Shown here: positions 46,598-57,137 of the stretch, piece after piece
How the letters are laid out: every line of letters begins with the position of its first letter
How positions within the stretch are numbered: position 1 is the first letter of the stretch
DNA from: an uncultured virus (IMG/VR IMGVR_UViG_3300005098_000001)
Lineage: Duplodnaviria; Heunggongvirae; Uroviricota; Caudoviricetes
Reading direction: 5' to 3' (one strand)
DNA length: 64,000 nucleotides
Virus record (IMG/VR): IMGVR_UViG_3300005098_000001
Position numbers and translations under genes: made by a program
The notes under the pieces: model-generated
The model's input: only the letters and a program-made list of their open reading frames with translations
Databases searched by the model: none
What the model was told of the DNA's origin: nothing

Positions 46598-47682
46598 TAA
46601 AACAAATAAATATAAAAAATTTTCAATCTCATAAAGATTCAATTTTGACTTTATCTCCTAATATAAATGTTATTATAGGGACATCAGATTCAGGAAAGTC
46701 TTCTATTGCGAGGGCTATAGGATGGACCTTATTTAATAGACCTTTAGGTTTTTCTTTTAAGTCTCATTTTTCTAAAAAGAATGAGCCAGTTGAAGTTGAA
46801 ATAAGATTTGATAATGGAGTTCTTTTGAGAAGAAAAAGTCGTGATCAAAATCTTTATTGTATTAATGGCGAAAAATTAGAGACAATAGGAACTGATGTTC
46901 CAATAGAAGTTTTGGAGTTACATAAATTAGGTAAGATTAATTATCAATCACAATTTGAGAAGATTTTTCTACTTCAAGATAGTCCTAGTGAAATAAGTAA
47001 AAAAGTAAATGAAATTTTAGGAATTGATCTTGCTGATGAGTTGTTTAAGCGTATTAACTCTGCAATCTTTGAGACTAGGAAAGAAATTAAATTGAGAGAA
47101 TCTGAAATTGAAAAGTTAGAGAAAGAGAGAGATAATTATAAATATTTAGATGATTTGGGTAGAATTATTGGGAGTTTAAAGCTGAATTTGAATAGGTATA
47201 ATGCTTTAGTAGAGAGATATAGAAGATTGACTTTTTTAATTTCATCGATAGGTTCTGTTTTAGAAGAATATAAAAAAGTTTTAAGATTATTGAAATATAG
47301 TGAGTATTTGGAGAAAATAAGAAATAATTTGGAAAAATATAAAGAAATGCAAGAAAGATATTCTAAGTTGGATAAAATTATTATTGGTTTACGTGAACTT
47401 GAATATGAACTTAATAAGATTTCAATTAGTGATTCTTTTATTGAAAAATTTACTAAAACAAGTTCGAGGATGGATGAATTAAAGAAGATTAGTGAAGTTT
47501 GGGAAAATTGTTCTTCTATTCTTTCTAAAGTGAAAATTCTTAATAGAAAGATATTAGAATCTGCAGAAGAATTGAAGGATTTAAAAATGGAATATATAAA
47601 TCTTTTAAAGAAGGCTAAGGTATGTCCTTTATGTGGTCAAACTATAACTGAGAAAAATTTGGAGGAGCATATTAAATTATGA
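46594..47682 (+). CDS. sbcC: SbcC/Rad50 N-terminal half (Walker A to Zn hook)
   Basis: NFQSH, GTSDSGKSS, Q-loop, coiled coil, terminal CPLCG. Confidence 0.85.
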   Translation: MIKQINIKNFQSHKDSILTLSPNINVIIGTSDSGKSSIARAIGWTLFNRPLGFSFKSHFSKKNEPVEVEIRFDNGVLLRRKSRDQNLYCINGEKLETIGTDVPIEVLELHKLGKINYQSQFEKIFLLQDSPSEISKKVNEILGIDLADELFKRINSAIFETRKEIKLRESEIEKLEKERDNYKYLDDLGRIIGSLKLNLNRYNALVERYRRLTFLISSIGSVLEEYKKVLRLLKYSEYLEKIRNNLEKYKEMQERYSKLDKIIIGLRELEYELNKISISDSFIEKFTKTSSRMDELKKISEVWENCSSILSKVKILNRKILESAEELKDLKMEYINLLKKAKVCPLCGQTITEKNLEEHIKL

Positions 47683-48599
47683 GATTGTTGTGTTTAGGTG
47701 ATTTACATCTGAGAATTAGAGGTCCAAGGATTAGAATAGATTCATATTTTGATACTCAATTTAAGAAATTAAATTTTGTATTTGATACTTTTTATAAGAA
47801 AAAATGTGATTATATACTACAGCCAGGAGATTTTTTTGATTCACCTGATGCCTCATATTATTTAACTAATTCACTACTAGAATTAATTTTGAAGTTTAAT
47901 ATTTTAGGAAGAATATTATGTATTTTAGGTCAACATGATATGCATTATAGAGCTTTGAAAGTTGATAATACTCCTTTAGGTATTTTTCAAACTTTAGGCT
48001 TGATTAGGGTTTTGGATAAAGATCCTCTAATACTTCCTAAGAAAATATCTTTTTATGGTTGTTCCTTTTCTCAAGAAGTTCCAAATATAGTTACTAGAAA
48101 TCGTTTTAATGTGCTTCTAATTCATAAGATGGTAGTTATAAAAAAGTTGTGGCCTACCCAAACTGATTTTATATATGCTAAAGATTTTTTAAAAAAGTAT
48201 GATTTTGATTTAGTTGTAAGTGGAGATAATCATAATTTTTTTATTGAAGAGTATAATGGAAAATTTTTAATTAATTGTGGATCATTAATGAGAATGAGTA
48301 TAGACCAAACTTCTTTTGAACCTTCTATTGTCATATTCGATACTGATACTAAGGAGTATGAGGTTATTAAGATTCCTATTGAATCTTCAGAAAAAGTTAT
48401 GGATATTGCTAGATTCACAAAAGAGAGAGAAAATAAATTAGAATTAGAGAAATTTGTAGAGAGTTTAAAGAGAAGAAAGATTGAGGGTTTTTCTTTTTTA
48501 GATGCACTTGATAAAGTTCTAAAAGAGGAAAAGGAATGTGTTAAGAAATTAATTTTAGGCTTTTTGGAGGAAATAAAAGATGCAAGATCTATTAAATGA
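47679..48599 (+). CDS. sbcD: SbcD/Mre11 nuclease
   Basis: GDLH, GDFFD, GQHD, GDNH, NCGS. Confidence 0.88.
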   Translation: MRLLCLGDLHLRIRGPRIRIDSYFDTQFKKLNFVFDTFYKKKCDYILQPGDFFDSPDASYYLTNSLLELILKFNILGRILCILGQHDMHYRALKVDNTPLGIFQTLGLIRVLDKDPLILPKKISFYGCSFSQEVPNIVTRNRFNVLLIHKMVVIKKLWPTQTDFIYAKDFLKKYDFDLVVSGDNHNFFIEEYNGKFLINCGSLMRMSIDQTSFEPSIVIFDTDTKEYEVIKIPIESSEKVMDIARFTKERENKLELEKFVESLKRRKIEGFSFLDALDKVLKEEKECVKKLILGFLEEIKDARSIK

Positions 48600-48816
48600 A
48601 TTGAATTTCTTAAAAACTAGGATTGAGGAAGCAAAAATTAAAAAGTCAAAGTTAGAAGGGCAACGAGATCAACTTTTGAAAGAGTTAGAAGAAGAATTTG
48701 GTATTACTTTAGAGGAAGCACCTGAAGAATTAAAAATGATGTCGAAAAGAATAGAGAGTTTAGAGAAGAAAATTAAAGAAGATCTTGAATTTTTGAAAGG
48801 TGAATTGAATGTTTGA
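48580..48816 (+). CDS. Small coiled-coil protein in the SbcCD operon
   Basis: Heptad pattern. Confidence 0.6.
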   Translation: MQDLLNELNFLKTRIEEAKIKKSKLEGQRDQLLKELEEEFGITLEEAPEELKMMSKRIESLEKKIKEDLEFLKGELNV

Positions 48817-49417
48817 GGATTTTAGCGAAGTTGAAAAAAGATTTAATTCTCTTTTAGAAAAAAGGAAATTATTAAAGGAGAGACTAAAAGAATTAGAGAA
48901 GTCCAGAGATGATTTACATAATAAGCTTTTGTGTTTAGAAGAATCAAAAGCTTTAGTTCAAAATCTAGTCAAAAATATTCAAGAAAAAATAGGTGAATAT
49001 GTATCACATGTTGTTTCATTAGCTTTAAATATTGTTTTTCCAAAAACTTATCAATTTAAAGTTAAATTTTTACAAAGAAAAAATAAGATTGAATGTGATT
49101 TTATTTTAATTAGAGAAAATGAAGAGATTTCTCCTTTAGATTCCGGAGGAGGAGTAGTTGATATTGTAAGCTTTGCTTTAAGGACTATATTTTGGTCTTT
49201 GAGTAAATATAGGCCAGTTTTAATTTTAGATGAGCCTTTTAGGAATGTCAGTACAGATTTACAATTCAATTGTGGTGAAATGCTAAAAACATTGAGTAAT
49301 GAATTGGGACTTCAAATTTTATTAATTTCTCATTCACCTGATATAATTAGTCAAGCTGATAGAGTTTTTGAGGTTTCAATAAAAAGAGGAATATCAGATG
49401 TCAAGGTTATCAAATAA
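48809..49417 (+). CDS. sbcC: SbcC/Rad50 C-terminal half
   Basis: SGGG signature, LILDEP Walker B, ISH H-loop. Confidence 0.85.
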   Translation: MFEDFSEVEKRFNSLLEKRKLLKERLKELEKSRDDLHNKLLCLEESKALVQNLVKNIQEKIGEYVSHVVSLALNIVFPKTYQFKVKFLQRKNKIECDFILIRENEEISPLDSGGGVVDIVSFALRTIFWSLSKYRPVLILDEPFRNVSTDLQFNCGEMLKTLSNELGLQILLISHSPDIISQADRVFEVSIKRGISDVKVIK

Positions 49418-50543
49418 TCCATTTTTTTCAGTGATAATAACTACAAGAGCTGAATCTGATTTAAGGGAAGCTTGGTTAATTGAAGCAATTTCCTCTGTTT
49501 TCATTCAAGATTTTAAGGATTATGAGTTAATAATTGTAGATGATTCTGGAGAAAAGAAATTAGGAAATAAATTGAGAATATTTAGAGAAGAAATAATTCT
49601 TGTTGAGAATGCAAAAAATATAGGACTACAAAAAAGTTTTAATGAGGGTTTATATCATGCAAATGGGAAATGGATTGTTAGATTAGATGATGATGATAAA
49701 TTTTTACCTTATACCTTGAGAAAACTATATGATTTCATTTCGGTTAATAAAGATGAAAATTTGGCCTTTATTTATTCAGATATTATCTTAATGCATAATA
49801 ATCAAGTATATGAGTACCCAGATTGGGATGGAACTTTATTAGGGTTAGAGAGAATTGGTCATGTTCAAGCAATTAAAAGAGATGCATTGTTAAAAATTGG
49901 AGGTTGGAGAGTAGATATTGATTATTCTGCTGATACTGATTGTATTATTAGACTTATTGAAGCAGGTTATAGTATTAGACATATTCCAGTTCCTCTGTAT
50001 CTTAATAGATATCACCAGGCTCAATATACTGTACAATATGCTAAAGAAAAAGATCCTTTAAAAGCAAAAAATAGAATATTTGAAGATGCGATTAGAAGAA
50101 TGCCTGAAAAGTGGAAATCTGACTTTGTTTTAGAGGAAATTAAACAATGGAGAATGTCTTTTTCTGAATTTTCGAAAATTAAAAAATTTATGAAAGGGAA
50201 TGGATTTCAAATTGGATGTTCAGATCGATTAAGTAATGTTATTTGTCTTGATTTTAAAAAGCCTTGTCATTTTGAGATAAGGGATTCTTTGCCTTTTAAG
50301 AAAAATTCTTTTGATTTTGTATTATATACTCTTAAAGACTTTTTAATGATTAAGCAAATAATTGATTGTTTAAAGAATGATGGTTACTTAATTTTTCTTT
50401 TGAAAAGTACTGAGTATGATCCGGAAAGTTTTTTAAATTTAGTAGAAGAAATTATTGAAAAATATCCTTTAGAACTTGTGCAATATAATACTATTAGAAA
50501 CTCTCGGAGATTTGAATGTATTCTAAGAAAATCCTCTTATTAG
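49398..50543 (+). CDS. GT2 glycosyltransferase with a degenerate methyltransferase-like C-terminus
   Basis: IIVDDSG, LDDDD, GGW; LPFKKNSFDFV..LKNDGYL. Confidence 0.82.
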   Translation: MSRLSNNPFFSVIITTRAESDLREAWLIEAISSVFIQDFKDYELIIVDDSGEKKLGNKLRIFREEIILVENAKNIGLQKSFNEGLYHANGKWIVRLDDDDKFLPYTLRKLYDFISVNKDENLAFIYSDIILMHNNQVYEYPDWDGTLLGLERIGHVQAIKRDALLKIGGWRVDIDYSADTDCIIRLIEAGYSIRHIPVPLYLNRYHQAQYTVQYAKEKDPLKAKNRIFEDAIRRMPEKWKSDFVLEEIKQWRMSFSEFSKIKKFMKGNGFQIGCSDRLSNVICLDFKKPCHFEIRDSLPFKKNSFDFVLYTLKDFLMIKQIIDCLKNDGYLIFLLKSTEYDPESFLNLVEEIIEKYPLELVQYNTIRNSRRFECILRKSSY

Positions 50544-51370
50544 GAGCTAATCTTGAAAATGAAATTGGTATGGAATATGGTGTTTTGAAATCTCTACTCA
50601 AGAAAGGTTTTGATGTTGAGGCATTAAGTTATAGAAAATATTCAAAAAGTGGATTAAATTATGTTCTTAGGAATTCTATTCGTAAAGCTAATATACTTTT
50701 TGTTATTAAAGGAGAAAGAGTAGATCCTAGGATAGTTGCAGAACTTGACTTTGATTTGAAAATATTATGGTTTCAAGATGATTTAGGATGGGGTTTTAAT
50801 TTACAACTTTTTGAATCAATTTGTTGGGCTTATGACTTAATTTTCTATTTTGATAAAAGTTGGATAGAAAGAATTAAAAGATTTCATGATAATATTGAAT
50901 TTTTACCTTTAGCTGTATCTCCGGAAGTTTTTAGTGGAAAAGTTCCTTTTAGTAAGAAATTTTATGATGTAAGTTTTCCTTGTTCAATAGTTGGTGAAAG
51001 AGAACTTATTTCTTTTTTATTAAAAAATTACAATGGAATAATTGGTCCTACTAAGGATTATAAAAAAGTTTTAGAAAAAAGTAAGATTATTGTAAATTGG
51101 CCAGTGACACACACAAATGCAACGCAGCAAAGAATATATGAAGCGGGAGCTTCTTTTTGTTTAGTTATAACTAAAAATATAGATGAAAAATACAAAATAA
51201 TCGAAAATGCAGTTTATGTGAATGACTATGATGATTTGCTTTGGGATATTTCATGTTTTCTAAAACATGGAAAAGAGATGGAGAAAAAGGCTGAAAAATT
51301 AAAAAAAGAAATTCTATCAGAACATACTTATGATCATAGGATAGATCGAATTATTAAATTGATTGGGTGA
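50516..51370 (+). CDS. Glycosyltransferase (CgeB/Glyco_trans_1_2-like)
   Basis: LPLAVSP, QRIYEAGA, EHTYDHRI. Confidence 0.8.
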   Translation: MYSKKILLLGANLENEIGMEYGVLKSLLKKGFDVEALSYRKYSKSGLNYVLRNSIRKANILFVIKGERVDPRIVAELDFDLKILWFQDDLGWGFNLQLFESICWAYDLIFYFDKSWIERIKRFHDNIEFLPLAVSPEVFSGKVPFSKKFYDVSFPCSIVGERELISFLLKNYNGIIGPTKDYKKVLEKSKIIVNWPVTHTNATQQRIYEAGASFCLVITKNIDEKYKIIENAVYVNDYDDLLWDISCFLKHGKEMEKKAEKLKKEILSEHTYDHRIDRIIKLIG

Positions 51371-52284
51371 AGTTTATGATGGCATTTTTAGTTGTTGGAG
51401 GAGCTGGTTTTATAGGTTCACATTTAGTTGATTATCTTATAAAACAGGGTCATCTTGTAGTAGTTATAGATAATTTAATTAGTGGAGATGTTAAAAATAT
51501 TAATCCTGAGGCTCATTTTATTAAAGGGGATTTGAATTGTGAGGAAGCAAATAGATATTTGGCAAGTTTGAAAGGGTTGTGTTCTGCCGTTTTCTTATTA
51601 GCTGATAGAGTAGGTGTTGAAACTGTGCTGTCACTTGATCCTTTAGATTTAATTGAATCTTTTAAAAATCTTAGAAGACTTTTGGCATTTAAAAAAATAA
51701 TATTTACTTCAAGTAGTGAAGTTTATGGAGTTTTTTCTAACTTCAAGGAGGAACAAGAACATCTAACCTTCCTTAATCATAAGAGATCTTTATATGCTTA
51801 TACCAAATTATTTGAGGAGTATTTTATAAAAGAGAATTTTGAAAATTATGCTATATTGAGACTTTTTAATATTTTTGGACCTAGACAAAGAGTAGATGCA
51901 GGGGTAATTCCTAAGTTTATTCATAATTTATATTTTAATCTTCCAGTAGAAGTGCATGGTGAATATGTATTTCGTAATTTTATGTATGTTAAGGATTTAG
52001 TTAAAGTAATGTATTCTATTTATGAAAAAGATTTTAGAGGGGTATTAAATGTAGGAGGAAAAGATTCAATTAGTATAATGAATTTATTGAATCGTATTTC
52101 TAGTATAATGAAGATTAAGCCAAAAGTTAGAATGGTTCAACCAGAATATCTTATTCCTAGAAGGGAACCAAATCTTGAAAATTTTAATAAGATTTTTCCA
52201 AATTTTAGGTATATTGATTTTGACGAGGCTTTAAGGAGGACTATTGATTGGTATGTTTTAAAATTTGAACATCAAGTTGTATAA
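51367..52284 (+). CDS. NAD-dependent epimerase/dehydratase
   Basis: GGAGFIGSHL, SSSEVYG, YAYTK, FNIFGPRQ. Confidence 0.9.
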   Translation: MKFMMAFLVVGGAGFIGSHLVDYLIKQGHLVVVIDNLISGDVKNINPEAHFIKGDLNCEEANRYLASLKGLCSAVFLLADRVGVETVLSLDPLDLIESFKNLRRLLAFKKIIFTSSSEVYGVFSNFKEEQEHLTFLNHKRSLYAYTKLFEEYFIKENFENYAILRLFNIFGPRQRVDAGVIPKFIHNLYFNLPVEVHGEYVFRNFMYVKDLVKVMYSIYEKDFRGVLNVGGKDSISIMNLLNRISSIMKIKPKVRMVQPEYLIPRREPNLENFNKIFPNFRYIDFDEALRRTIDWYVLKFEHQVV

Positions 52285-52295
52285 TATAGCTGTAA

Positions 52296-53219
52296 ATGAA
52301 TGTCTTATATGATTTTAATGGTGGAAAGTTACTTTATAGAATACATGGAGGAATAGGTGATCTCTTATGGAGAACTCCTTTGATAAGGGCCATAAAATTA
52401 AAATTTCCAAAATCGAAAATATATGTTAGTAGTTTAGGACCTCATTGGAAGTTAATCTTTAAGCACAATCCTTATATTGATGGTTTGATTGACCCTTCTT
52501 TAATTAATTATGATGAATATGACAAAGTGATTGAAGATGAATTATGTCCTCATGTTAGATGTGATTATGCTTTTAAATATGATGCAGTTGAAGTTTTGGA
52601 AATTTGGTCTGGTATAAAGATTAAGGATAAAACCTATATCTATGTAGTTGAAGATAAAGAAAAAAGATGGGCAAATGCTTTTTTAAGAAATTTTAAAAGA
52701 CCTATTATAGGGGTTCAACTAAGAGCATCAAGCAATGTAAGAAATTGGGATTTTAATGAGCAATATAGATTAGTTTGTATGTTAAGAGAATTGGGGACAG
52801 TAATTTGTTTTGATTCAAAACCTTCTTCATTGGGAAATCTTGATAATATAATTTCAATGTGTGGTGGTTATAATATAAGAGAAGTTGCAGTTGTTATTAA
52901 AAATTTAGACTGTTTGATTACTCCTGATACTGGTGCTTTACACTTTGGAGGACACTTTAAAGTCCCTACAGTTGCTTATTTTGCAGGAACAGATCCTAAA
53001 TGTAGAGTAAAAAATTATTCGACAGTTAAAATTGTAATGCAAGGAAAAAGGCCAGATTGTTGGCCTTGTTGGTTTCATGGAAATAAATGTCCTAGACTCT
53101 TTGGAAAAGAAAGGGTTGTTCCTCTTTGTATTAGTAATATAAAGGCAGAAGATGTTTATAATAAGGTTCTGGAATGTCTAAAAGAAAAAGAGGGCAGCAA
53201 AAGACTAGAAAGCATTTAG
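52296..53219 (+). CDS. GT9 (heptosyltransferase-like) glycosyltransferase
   Basis: GGIGD...TP, RNW, PDTGALH, CWPC..C..CISNI. Confidence 0.85.
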   Translation: MNVLYDFNGGKLLYRIHGGIGDLLWRTPLIRAIKLKFPKSKIYVSSLGPHWKLIFKHNPYIDGLIDPSLINYDEYDKVIEDELCPHVRCDYAFKYDAVEVLEIWSGIKIKDKTYIYVVEDKEKRWANAFLRNFKRPIIGVQLRASSNVRNWDFNEQYRLVCMLRELGTVICFDSKPSSLGNLDNIISMCGGYNIREVAVVIKNLDCLITPDTGALHFGGHFKVPTVAYFAGTDPKCRVKNYSTVKIVMQGKRPDCWPCWFHGNKCPRLFGKERVVPLCISNIKAEDVYNKVLECLKEKEGSKRLESI

Positions 53220-53545
53220 TTTTTAGAAAAGATAAGATTCTCTTAACTCCTTCAATTGTCTCATTTGTAATAGGAACAAGGTGCACAAAAAATAGATCTT
53301 GCGAGAATTGTGTAAAATTTTTGGAATGTAGTAGAATTGTTAGGGATGAAATAATAAAAAAGAAAAAAGTAAGAGATGAAGTTCTAAATTTTTTAGATAA
53401 GAGTCAGGATTTAAGAGGTCCAGATCTTTATATGATAGGTTTAGTTCCTGTAAATTCTAGTTTAGAAGAATTTTATAGTGAACAAAGATTTCAAAGAATT
53501 TTTTTTAAAGATGAATTGATTATAAGGGGGTCGAGCTTAGAATGA
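53174..53545 (+). CDS. Cys-containing hypothetical protein
   Basis: C..CENC..C. Confidence 0.5.
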   Translation: MSKRKRGQQKTRKHLVFRKDKILLTPSIVSFVIGTRCTKNRSCENCVKFLECSRIVRDEIIKKKKVRDEVLNFLDKSQDLRGPDLYMIGLVPVNSSLEEFYSEQRFQRIFFKDELIIRGSSLE

Positions 53546-55545
53546 AAGATTTGGTTTCAATAATTATTCCTATTTATAATGGTTATGAGTATTTACTTAG
53601 GTGTTTAAAATCTATACAAGATTATGATGCAGGTGTAAAGTATGAATTAATATTAGTAAATGATGGTAGTACAGATCCAAGAATTAATGAGCTTTTAATG
53701 AATTTTGAAAGAACAATTATTCAACCTAATCAGGGTTTTATCAAAGCATGTAATCATGGAGCAAAGATTGCAATAGGGAATTATTTATTATTTTTGAATT
53801 CTGATACTGAGATTTTGAGTGATGGATGGCTGAGGAAGTTACTTCAACCCTTTAGAAAGGATCTTAGTATAGGAATTGTAGGACCTAAATTAATATTTAG
53901 TGATAATACAGTACAACATTGTGGACTAGAGTTTTCTCCTAATCATTTAAATTTTGTACATAGATACTATAGAGTTCATAAAAAAGATCCTAGAGTAATA
54001 CAAAGTTGTTATGTTCCTGCATTAACTGGGGCTGCGTTTTTGGTTAGGAGAAATTTATGGGAGAAATTAAGAGGCTTTGATGAGATTTATTTGTGGGGGT
54101 ACTTTGAAGATTCTGACTTTTGTATGAGAGCTAGAGAAATAGGTTATAGGTCTTATTATTGTTCTGAAGTTGAAATTTTACATCACCAATCTCGCTCAAC
54201 TGGAGGCTGCCCTCAAAATATTTTCTTTCATAATCATGAAATTTTTAAAAAGAGATGGGTTAGGACTTCCAAATTGATTAAATATCCCAAGATTGCAGCC
54301 TGCTATATAGTTTTCAATGAGGAAGAATTCATAAGAGAAAGTATTTTGAGCATTTATGATTTTGTCCATAAAATTATTATTATTGAAGGTTCAACGAAAT
54401 ATAATAGACAATATGCTAAATCGGATGGTTCTTCTTCTGATAAGACAATAGAAAGAATTAAAAGTATAAAAGATGAACAAAATAAGATTTTGTTGATTCA
54501 AGGAAAGTGGAAGGATAAAACTGAGATGAGGAATGAATATTGTAAATATTTAGATGGATATGATTATGCTTTTATTATTGATGGGGATGAAGTTTGGTCT
54601 AAAGAAGATTTAGCTAAAGTTGAGCAATTAATGTTTAGTGAATCTGAAATTCAGGCATTTTCATTTGGTATGTTGGAATTTTGGAAAGATTTGAGTCATG
54701 TTAGTAAAGGAGTTTGGGAAAAGTTTTTAGGAAGAAAGACACTAATTAAGTTGGATAAAGGTTTGGCTTATAAAGATCATCTAACCCCAGTAAATAAAGG
54801 TGGAAATATTATAAGATCTAAACTTCATCCTGAGATTAAGTTCTTTCATTATAATTATGTAAAATCAGATGAGAAGATAAAACAAAAGTTTGAGTATTAT
54901 AAAAATAAAGGAACTCCTGGCTTTAACTTAAACAAAAATTGGTTTAAACAAGTTTGGAAAGAATGGGATAAAGATCCTTTAAAAGTTGAAGCTACTTTAG
55001 GGACTCATCCTTTTGGTGGTGGTTATTCTATTCTTTATGAAGGTGATCATCCAGAAGCTATGAGAAATCATCCTTTGTATTTGAAGTTCTTGGAAGAAAG
55101 AAATAAAATGATTTTATTCACTAATGATTTAGTTTTTAATATTGGAGGTTTTAAGAGAATTACTTTTTATGATATAGATATTTTTAATCTTCCAGTTCCT
55201 TTAAATTCTTTAAGATTAATCTATATACATGATTTTTTGTCTTATTTAACACTTCCTCAAATCAATAAATTTCTTAATTATTGTTATAATCTTTTGGATG
55301 ATAGAGGAGAGATTAAAATAATTGAAGTTGATTTCAGAAAAGTTATTTCTCTTCATAGAGAAGGTCATTTTAGTTTTGATCAATTAAATTCTAGTTTAAT
55401 GGGGAGAGGACTTCATCAGTTGGATTATAAAAAATCAATCTTAGAACCATATTATATTAAACTTACACTTTTAAGTTCAAAATTTAGAAAGGTATTTGAA
55501 AATAAAAGAAATGATATGTTTTTTGAAATAGTTGCTTTAAAATAA
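53542..55545 (+). CDS. Double GT2 glycosyltransferase with a methyltransferase-like C-terminus
   Basis: VNDGSTD, LNSD, EDSDF; second domain FNEE..IDGDE; C-terminal LIYIHDFLSYL..LDDRGEI. Confidence 0.85.
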   Translation: MKDLVSIIIPIYNGYEYLLRCLKSIQDYDAGVKYELILVNDGSTDPRINELLMNFERTIIQPNQGFIKACNHGAKIAIGNYLLFLNSDTEILSDGWLRKLLQPFRKDLSIGIVGPKLIFSDNTVQHCGLEFSPNHLNFVHRYYRVHKKDPRVIQSCYVPALTGAAFLVRRNLWEKLRGFDEIYLWGYFEDSDFCMRAREIGYRSYYCSEVEILHHQSRSTGGCPQNIFFHNHEIFKKRWVRTSKLIKYPKIAACYIVFNEEEFIRESILSIYDFVHKIIIIEGSTKYNRQYAKSDGSSSDKTIERIKSIKDEQNKILLIQGKWKDKTEMRNEYCKYLDGYDYAFIIDGDEVWSKEDLAKVEQLMFSESEIQAFSFGMLEFWKDLSHVSKGVWEKFLGRKTLIKLDKGLAYKDHLTPVNKGGNIIRSKLHPEIKFFHYNYVKSDEKIKQKFEYYKNKGTPGFNLNKNWFKQVWKEWDKDPLKVEATLGTHPFGGGYSILYEGDHPEAMRNHPLYLKFLEERNKMILFTNDLVFNIGGFKRITFYDIDIFNLPVPLNSLRLIYIHDFLSYLTLPQINKFLNYCYNLLDDRGEIKIIEVDFRKVISLHREGHFSFDQLNSSLMGRGLHQLDYKKSILEPYYIKLTLLSSKFRKVFENKRNDMFFEIVALK

Positions 55546-55592
55546 AAGTTGAAAAAGATTTATAATTTTTTAAAAAGAAGGGAGGTGAACTT

Positions 55593-56657
55593 ATGCCAGT
55601 AGGATATGAGAGTTATTTGGCAATAGCGGAAGAAGGGACTAAGGTGGCAGGAGGAAGTGTTTGGGGAGAAGAAAGTGTGGATTGGTTAACTGCTCTCGCT
55701 TTTGAATCTGAATCTCTAGCCCCGGCTCCGGACATTTTCTTCAGTCCAGAACTTAGGGGAAGAAGTCAAGAGGGTGATCGTGCTTTTAGGAAGAGTAGAA
55801 AAAGATTAGACAAGTGTGAGGGTGCAATCACAATAACCTGTTATCCAGAAGGAGGTGGAGATAAAGCAGGTTTAGGTTTGCTTTTAAAACATTTAACAGC
55901 TGGAGTTACAAGTGGTACACTAAAAGGTACTGCTGATGGTCTTTCAGAAGATTACTTTCTTCATCAATTTATTCCAAAAGATAGATATGAAAATCTTCAA
56001 GCAGGTTCTACTTATAAAGTTTATGGTTTGACAGTACATGTTGGTAGAGAGGATGATTCAGGAACTCTTAGAAATTATCCTTATGTAGGTTGTAGAATTA
56101 GGAATGCTACATTTTCTTGTGCTGCTGGAGAAGAATTAAAATGTTCTGTTGAATTTGTTGGTAGAAAGGCTAAAGATGCTGGGACTGCTAAGGTTCTTTC
56201 TTATACAAATTTAGATCCTTGGATGTTCGATGAAGCTGAAGTTACTATAGATGGAAATTCAAGGGATATAGACTCGTTTGAAGTTACAGTTACAAATGGA
56301 ATGGCAGAAAGTGGAGTCTTAGGTACAAATGTATTAGGTAGGGTAAGATTTTCTGGAATGAGGTCAGTTACTGGAAATATTACTGCTCCTTTTGAAGGTT
56401 GGGTGAAAACATTATATGATAAGTGGAGAAATCATCAAACTGCTTCTCTTAATATAAAGTTTACAAAAGGAACTTATTTTATATTTGAAATTGATCTTCC
56501 TAAGATTGTATTTACTGGAGCTCCTCCTTCTGTTGGTGGCCCTGAGGAATTGATAGTTACTCTTCCATTTCAAGCTCTTTGGGATGATTCGAATAATTAT
56601 GATGTTAAGTTTAAATTAGGAAATCGTGATGAGACCATAGGCTATGATATAACATAA
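55593..56657 (+). CDS. Major tail tube protein
   Basis: LAIAEE..WG, FESESL, YVGCRI, IDLPKI..PFQA; precedes the chaperone and tape measure genes. Confidence 0.8.
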   Translation: MPVGYESYLAIAEEGTKVAGGSVWGEESVDWLTALAFESESLAPAPDIFFSPELRGRSQEGDRAFRKSRKRLDKCEGAITITCYPEGGGDKAGLGLLLKHLTAGVTSGTLKGTADGLSEDYFLHQFIPKDRYENLQAGSTYKVYGLTVHVGREDDSGTLRNYPYVGCRIRNATFSCAAGEELKCSVEFVGRKAKDAGTAKVLSYTNLDPWMFDEAEVTIDGNSRDIDSFEVTVTNGMAESGVLGTNVLGRVRFSGMRSVTGNITAPFEGWVKTLYDKWRNHQTASLNIKFTKGTYFIFEIDLPKIVFTGAPPSVGGPEELIVTLPFQALWDDSNNYDVKFKLGNRDETIGYDIT

Positions 56658-56672
56658 GAAAGGAGGCACTAG

Positions 56673-57137
56673 ATGCCCATTAAAAGTATGCCTAAAAGTG
56701 AAATAGTATATGTTCCTGAGTATTCAGGAAATAGAGAGGATGAAAATCCTCTTTGGGTAAAGATTAAACCTCTTTCAAGAAGAGAAAGTGATTTTTACAG
56801 AAAACAAGTAAGATATTGGAGAAAAAAAGGTTTTAGAGACCAATGGGAGTCAAATCTCCCAGATATTGAGAAAAAGCAATTTCTAGATCATGTTTTAGAA
56901 GTGCATAATTTTATTGATTTTGAAACTGGAGAGGAAATTACAGATGTTAATAGGTTTTATAATGAAGCTCCTGATGAGTTAATTACTGAGATTTTTAATG
57001 CAATATTAGATGCAAGTACTTTTTCTGAGGAAGAACTAAAAAACTTCAAGCGGCTTGCCGCTGGGCAGTCAGTGGCAAGCAGTGGGACTGCGAAAGTTGC
57101 TCAGAAAAAGAAAGGAGAGCAAGAAACTGTGCAATAG
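56673..57137 (+). CDS. Tail assembly chaperone (gpG-like)
   Basis: Position; ends EELKN at a slippery site. Confidence 0.75.
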   Translation: MPIKSMPKSEIVYVPEYSGNREDENPLWVKIKPLSRRESDFYRKQVRYWRKKGFRDQWESNLPDIEKKQFLDHVLEVHNFIDFETGEEITDVNRFYNEAPDELITEIFNAILDASTFSEEELKNFKRLAAGQSVASSGTAKVAQKKKGEQETVQ

